The notes under the pieces: generated by a model
Told to the model about the DNA's origin: nothing
Databases searched by the model: none
The model's input: the letters and a program-made list of their open reading frames with translations, nothing else
Assembly: GCA_043813445.1 (NCBI GenBank)
Contig: JBDRLD010000063.1
Coordinates: forward strand, 1 to 42,116
Length of the DNA: 42,116 bases
Source of the DNA: Candidatus Uhrbacteria bacterium
GTDB taxonomy: Bacteria; Patescibacteriota; Patescibacteriia; JACPHY01
Reading direction: 5' to 3'
Shown: positions 39,068-42,116 of the stretch, piece by piece
Numbering within the stretch: the stretch's first letter is position 1
How the letters are laid out: every line of letters starts with the position of its first letter
Program-made: the position numbers and the translations under genes

Positions 39068-40011
39068 GTTTCATGCGTGGCTCCGGGTGTCGTGAGATGG
39101 AGATAGAGCTGCGCCCATGTGCCACCGATGCATGCGGTCGTGAGCGCGGCAATTGTGAGTGTTGCGGTGAAGCTCGCGATAATACCAAGGATGATCGCGA
39201 TGAAGTAGAGGAATTGCACGTGGACGGCAATGCTGATCAAAGCGAGCAGGAAGAACGGTGCTATGGCGAGGGACATTCCAACAATCCACGCGAGTATGCC
39301 GAGCAGTTGGACGATGGAGAGGAGAAGCGATGTCTCAACAACGATGATCGTGCGCGTGCGAAGAAGCGACCACGCCTCTCGGAGCGCGGCTCCAATTGGT
39401 TGGTTGTCAATAGTGGTCGTACAAAGCGCGATCATCGCAATGCAGTGCACCACGGTGAGTGCGAGGAAGCAGATGAGGAATACGCTAACTCCGAGAATCG
39501 TACTTCGCATTGTCGTAGAAAGTGCCACGGTAGTAATGGCCACGCTCCAGGCGACAAGGACGAGCATGGCGAGTAGTTTATCTATTGCCGCAATGCTGAG
39601 CGACGGCCAAAATCTAGCAGCTGCACATTTGGAGAGTGCCTCTGTGCGGCCGGGTGATGTCGCGGCGAGTAGGAGCGCGTTCGTGCTCACAACCATATAC
39701 CACAACATGACACACGTAATAGCCAGAGTGATGAGGCCGATGATGATGAGGGTGATGCTTGCGCCGACGCCGGTTTCCTGTGCTTGCGCCCAGAGCGTTC
39801 CTGCTTGTCCGAAGACGCCGGTCTCCGTATCGAAGAGTCGATGCGCAATTCCTTGCGACGGGTCGACGCCGAAAAGTTGCATCAACGCGGTGCTCATTCC
39901 GGTGCTTATGATAGCTCCGGAGAACAGAGCGTACACCCAAAGTTTTCGTTCATGGAGCGCGAAACGAAACGCGCGTTTGAGGATGGAGAACTGGAGCAGC
40001 ATAGTGCGCAT
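39043..40011 (-). CDS. hypothetical polytopic membrane protein
   Basis: 322 aa with about 7-8 TM helices. The start is 3 nt after the ftsH stop. It is not GspF/PilC-like by eye. Confidence 0.6.
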   Translation of the reverse strand: MRTMLLQFSILKRAFRFALHERKLWVYALFSGAIISTGMSTALMQLFGVDPSQGIAHRLFDTETGVFGQAGTLWAQAQETGVGASITLIIIGLITLAITCVMLWYMVVSTNALLLAATSPGRTEALSKCAAARFWPSLSIAAIDKLLAMLVLVAWSVAITTVALSTTMRSTILGVSVFLICFLALTVVHCIAMIALCTTTIDNQPIGAALREAWSLLRTRTIIVVETSLLLSIVQLLGILAWIVGMSLAIAPFFLLALISIAVHVQFLYFIAIILGIIASFTATLTIAALTTACIGGTWAQLYLHLTTPGATHETWLARSRS

Positions 40012-40014
40012 GGA

Positions 40015-41940
40015 TCACGTTTCGGAGGTTTCGTCGTCCGTATCCTCTTGGTCTTTTTCCGCTATTTCTGGTGTGCCGATTACTTCGGTTGGTTCAGGAG
40101 TATTGGTGGGAGCTTCTCCAGCGAAGATCGACTCAAACTCCGCTTGCTCAATAGTCTCATTCTTCAGGAGCAGTGCTGCGATGCGATCGAGGTAATCGCG
40201 CTGCTCATTAATAATTGCTTGAGCACGCTCGAGTGCGGTGTTGATGATCGCATGCATCTCTGAATCAATCTGTTCGGCGACGTGCTCGGAATAATCTCGT
40301 TGTGCTGTGATATCTTTACCGAGGAAAACAAGCTCCTCGCGCTGGCCAAATGTGCGCGGGCCGAGGACATCGCTCATACCGAATTCGGTGATCATGCGGC
40401 GGGCGAGATGTGTTGCCTGCCGGAGGTCACTCGATGGGCCGGTCGAGAGCTCGCCATCTCCGAAAATGGTGCGCTCTGCGGCATAGCCACCAAGCATCAC
40501 TGCAAGGTCGTCGAGGAATTCCGCGCGGGTGCGGTAGTGTTTGTCTTCGGTGGGGAGCTTCAGCGTATAGCCGCCAGCCATCCCGCGGGAGATGATCGAG
40601 ACCTTGCGCACCGGATCTGCATTCGGGAGCACCTGCGCAATGAGTGCATGTCCGGCCTCATGGTATGCGGTGAGCTCACGCTCGTGCTTCGAGAAGACAC
40701 GACTCTTCCGCGCCGGCCCGAGCATCACCTTTTCAATCGCCTCCACAAACTCAGCCATGCTAATGCGGTGCTTGTTCCGCCGAGCGGTAAGGAGTGCCGC
40801 CTCGTTCATCAGGTTTGCAAGATCGGCACCGGAGAAGCCAGGTGTTCGTTCGGCGATTTTTCGTATGGAAACGTTTTTGATGATCGGTTTCCCTACCGAG
40901 TGCACTTTGAGAATCTCTTCTCGGTCCTTTATGTCCGGCATGTCGAGGACGATGCGACGATCAAAGCGTCCCGGGCGGAGCAGTGCGGGATCAAGCACAT
41001 CAGGACGGTTCGTCGCTGCAACAACAATGACCCCGTTGTTTGTCGAAAAGCCATCCATTTCAACGAGAATTTGGTTCAGCGTTTGTTCGCGCTCATCATG
41101 TCCGCCGCCGAGTCCGGTGCCACGCTGTCGTCCAACCGCGTCGATCTCGTCGATGAACACGATACATGGCGCGATCTTTTTTGCGCGCTGGAAAAGCGAT
41201 CGGACGCGTGACGCGCCGACACCAACAAACATCTCGACAAATTCAGACGCACTTATGTGGAGAAATGGAACATTCGCCTCTCCTGCGATTGCGCGCGCGA
41301 GGAGTGTTTTTCCTGTTCCTGGCTGTCCCATAAGCAGCACCCCTCTCGGAATTTTTGCGCCGAGCGCGGCGAACTTTTTGGGGAGTTTGAGAAATTCTAT
41401 AATTTCCTCAAGTTCTTCCTTCGCCTCACGAACACCAGCAACATCACGGAATGTCGTCTTTGTTCGTTCGTCATCCTTCGCGTCGCGTACGCGTGCCTGT
41501 CCAAACATCATGGCTCGCGAGTTTGCCCCTTGCACTTGGCGCATCATGAAGAAGACAAGCCCGCCGATAATGAGGAGCGGAAGAAGAAAGGGAAGGATCG
41601 TAGCGGCCCAGTACGCCGCACCGCTTTCATCGCGCACCTCGAGCGCAATATTTGCATATACTTCGGGTGCGAGGCCGTAGCTTTCGAGCAGCTCGGGCAC
41701 TGAGACGTTTGGCTCCTTCTGTACGATCGCCTTTGCGTCGCCCGTCATGGTGAGCGTGAGCTTCGACCCCTGAATTTCAATTCGCTGCACCGACCCCTCT
41801 CGCACGCGCTGCACAAACTCATTAATGCCGACGCGCTCGGGGCGTTCCATCGGCACATTATACAAACTGAAGAGTCCCGCAATGACAATAAAGACGACTA
41901 TGAGTGTAATGGAGTGCTTTTTGGGTGATCGTATAGCCAT
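40015..41940 (-). CDS. ftsH: ATP-dependent zinc metalloprotease FtsH
   Basis: N-terminal TM helices, Walker A GQPGTGKT, Walker [13 protein letters not shown] region and HEAGHAL zinc motif. Confidence 0.95.
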   Translation of the reverse strand: MAIRSPKKHSITLIVVFIVIAGLFSLYNVPMERPERVGINEFVQRVREGSVQRIEIQGSKLTLTMTGDAKAIVQKEPNVSVPELLESYGLAPEVYANIALEVRDESGAAYWAATILPFLLPLLIIGGLVFFMMRQVQGANSRAMMFGQARVRDAKDDERTKTTFRDVAGVREAKEELEEIIEFLKLPKKFAALGAKIPRGVLLMGQPGTGKTLLARAIAGEANVPFLHISASEFVEMFVGVGASRVRSLFQRAKKIAPCIVFIDEIDAVGRQRGTGLGGGHDEREQTLNQILVEMDGFSTNNGVIVVAATNRPDVLDPALLRPGRFDRRIVLDMPDIKDREEILKVHSVGKPIIKNVSIRKIAERTPGFSGADLANLMNEAALLTARRNKHRISMAEFVEAIEKVMLGPARKSRVFSKHERELTAYHEAGHALIAQVLPNADPVRKVSIISRGMAGGYTLKLPTEDKHYRTRAEFLDDLAVMLGGYAAERTIFGDGELSTGPSSDLRQATHLARRMITEFGMSDVLGPRTFGQREELVFLGKDITAQRDYSEHVAEQIDSEMHAIINTALERAQAIINEQRDYLDRIAALLLKNETIEQAEFESIFAGEAPTNTPEPTEVIGTPEIAEKDQEDTDDETSET

Positions 41941-42044
41941 ACCGTGCTGCAGATTCGAGGGATAATTGATTATTCAATGACGCGGCAAGTGCCGTATTCC
42001 CATCGTACCCGTTTGGTGCGACGTTTTCCAGCCCGCTAGCAGCA

Positions 42045-42073
42045 ATCCGACCCCGATGATTTCGGGGTCGGAT
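42045..42073 (-). terminator. hairpin terminator of the upstream gene
   Basis: ATCCGACCCCGA-TGATT-TCGGGGTCGGAT. Confidence 0.55.
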
Positions 42074-42086
42074 GCTCCTGCGCTAC

Positions 42087-42116
42087 CTACTCGTCGTTCT
42101 TGTCCTGCTCTTCACC
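42087..42116 (-). CDS. 3' end of an unidentified gene (partial, frame uncertain)
   Basis: The minus strand reads ...GEEQDKNDE-TAG just upstream of the terminator hairpin. Too short to identify. Confidence 0.25.
   Translation of the reverse strand, partial: GEEQDKNDE

Noticed and set aside
40282-41680. 309-aa and 362-aa plus-strand ORFs
   Set aside because: They are antisense to ftsH, whose product carries all canonical motifs.

Overview
GC-rich (about 55-62% in most genes), tightly packed bacterial chromosomal segment. Gene content suggests an uncultivated small-genome lineage, possibly Patescibacteria/CPR; this is inference only. The supporting signs are a solitary 16S rRNA gene, a reduced rpsP-trmD operon, a lone type IV pilus ATPase, a small GIY-YIG gene and many short unknowns. 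I call 44 complete CDS plus one partial CDS, one 16S rRNA and five tRNAs (Gly-TCC, Pro-TGG, Phe-GAA, Ile-GAT, Glu-TTC). I also call one candidate structured ncRNA and a set of sigma-70-type promoters (TTGACA-N17-TAnnnT) and hairpin terminators. Recognisable genes are corA, a YkuK-like gene, a patatin-like lipase, an ECF sigma with a putative anti-sigma, a LysE exporter, truB, a deoxynucleoside kinase, trmD, a KH protein, rpsP, an SMC-like gene, a DHH phosphoesterase, clpP, a VanW protein, DUF3006, hsp20, GIY-YIG, tsaD, tsaE, a TraR/DksA zinc finger, pilB/gspE and ftsH. No transposase, integrase, CRISPR array or cas gene was seen. Main hunt results: (1) Several families of short interspersed repeats sit in frame inside essential genes (truB, trmD, smc, tsaD, tsaE) and also in intergenic DNA. 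They are 7-nt-periodic arrays and a GC-rich palindromic unit, and the pattern resembles Rickettsia palindromic elements. (2) A GIY-YIG gene is flanked by a perfect 25-bp duplication of the 5' part of tRNA-Glu, and its stop codon lies inside the tRNA. (3) An orphan consensus promoter drives an ORF-less, strongly structured RNA of about 380 nt of unidentified class. (4) A TraR/DksA zinc-finger gene is translationally coupled to two paralogous small genes of unknown function. (5) A double-HTH gene plus two tandem paralogous unknowns occupy the position where rplS normally follows trmD. (6) The SMC homologue is short (738 aa) and has no recognisable hinge. (7) A lipoprotein carries a 34-aa module duplicated with 100% amino-acid identity despite six synonymous differences. 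(8) The 16S gene is solitary and shows a compensated change in the 530-loop pseudoknot that also creates a 515F primer mismatch. All functional calls rest on motif recognition by eye; no database search was run.
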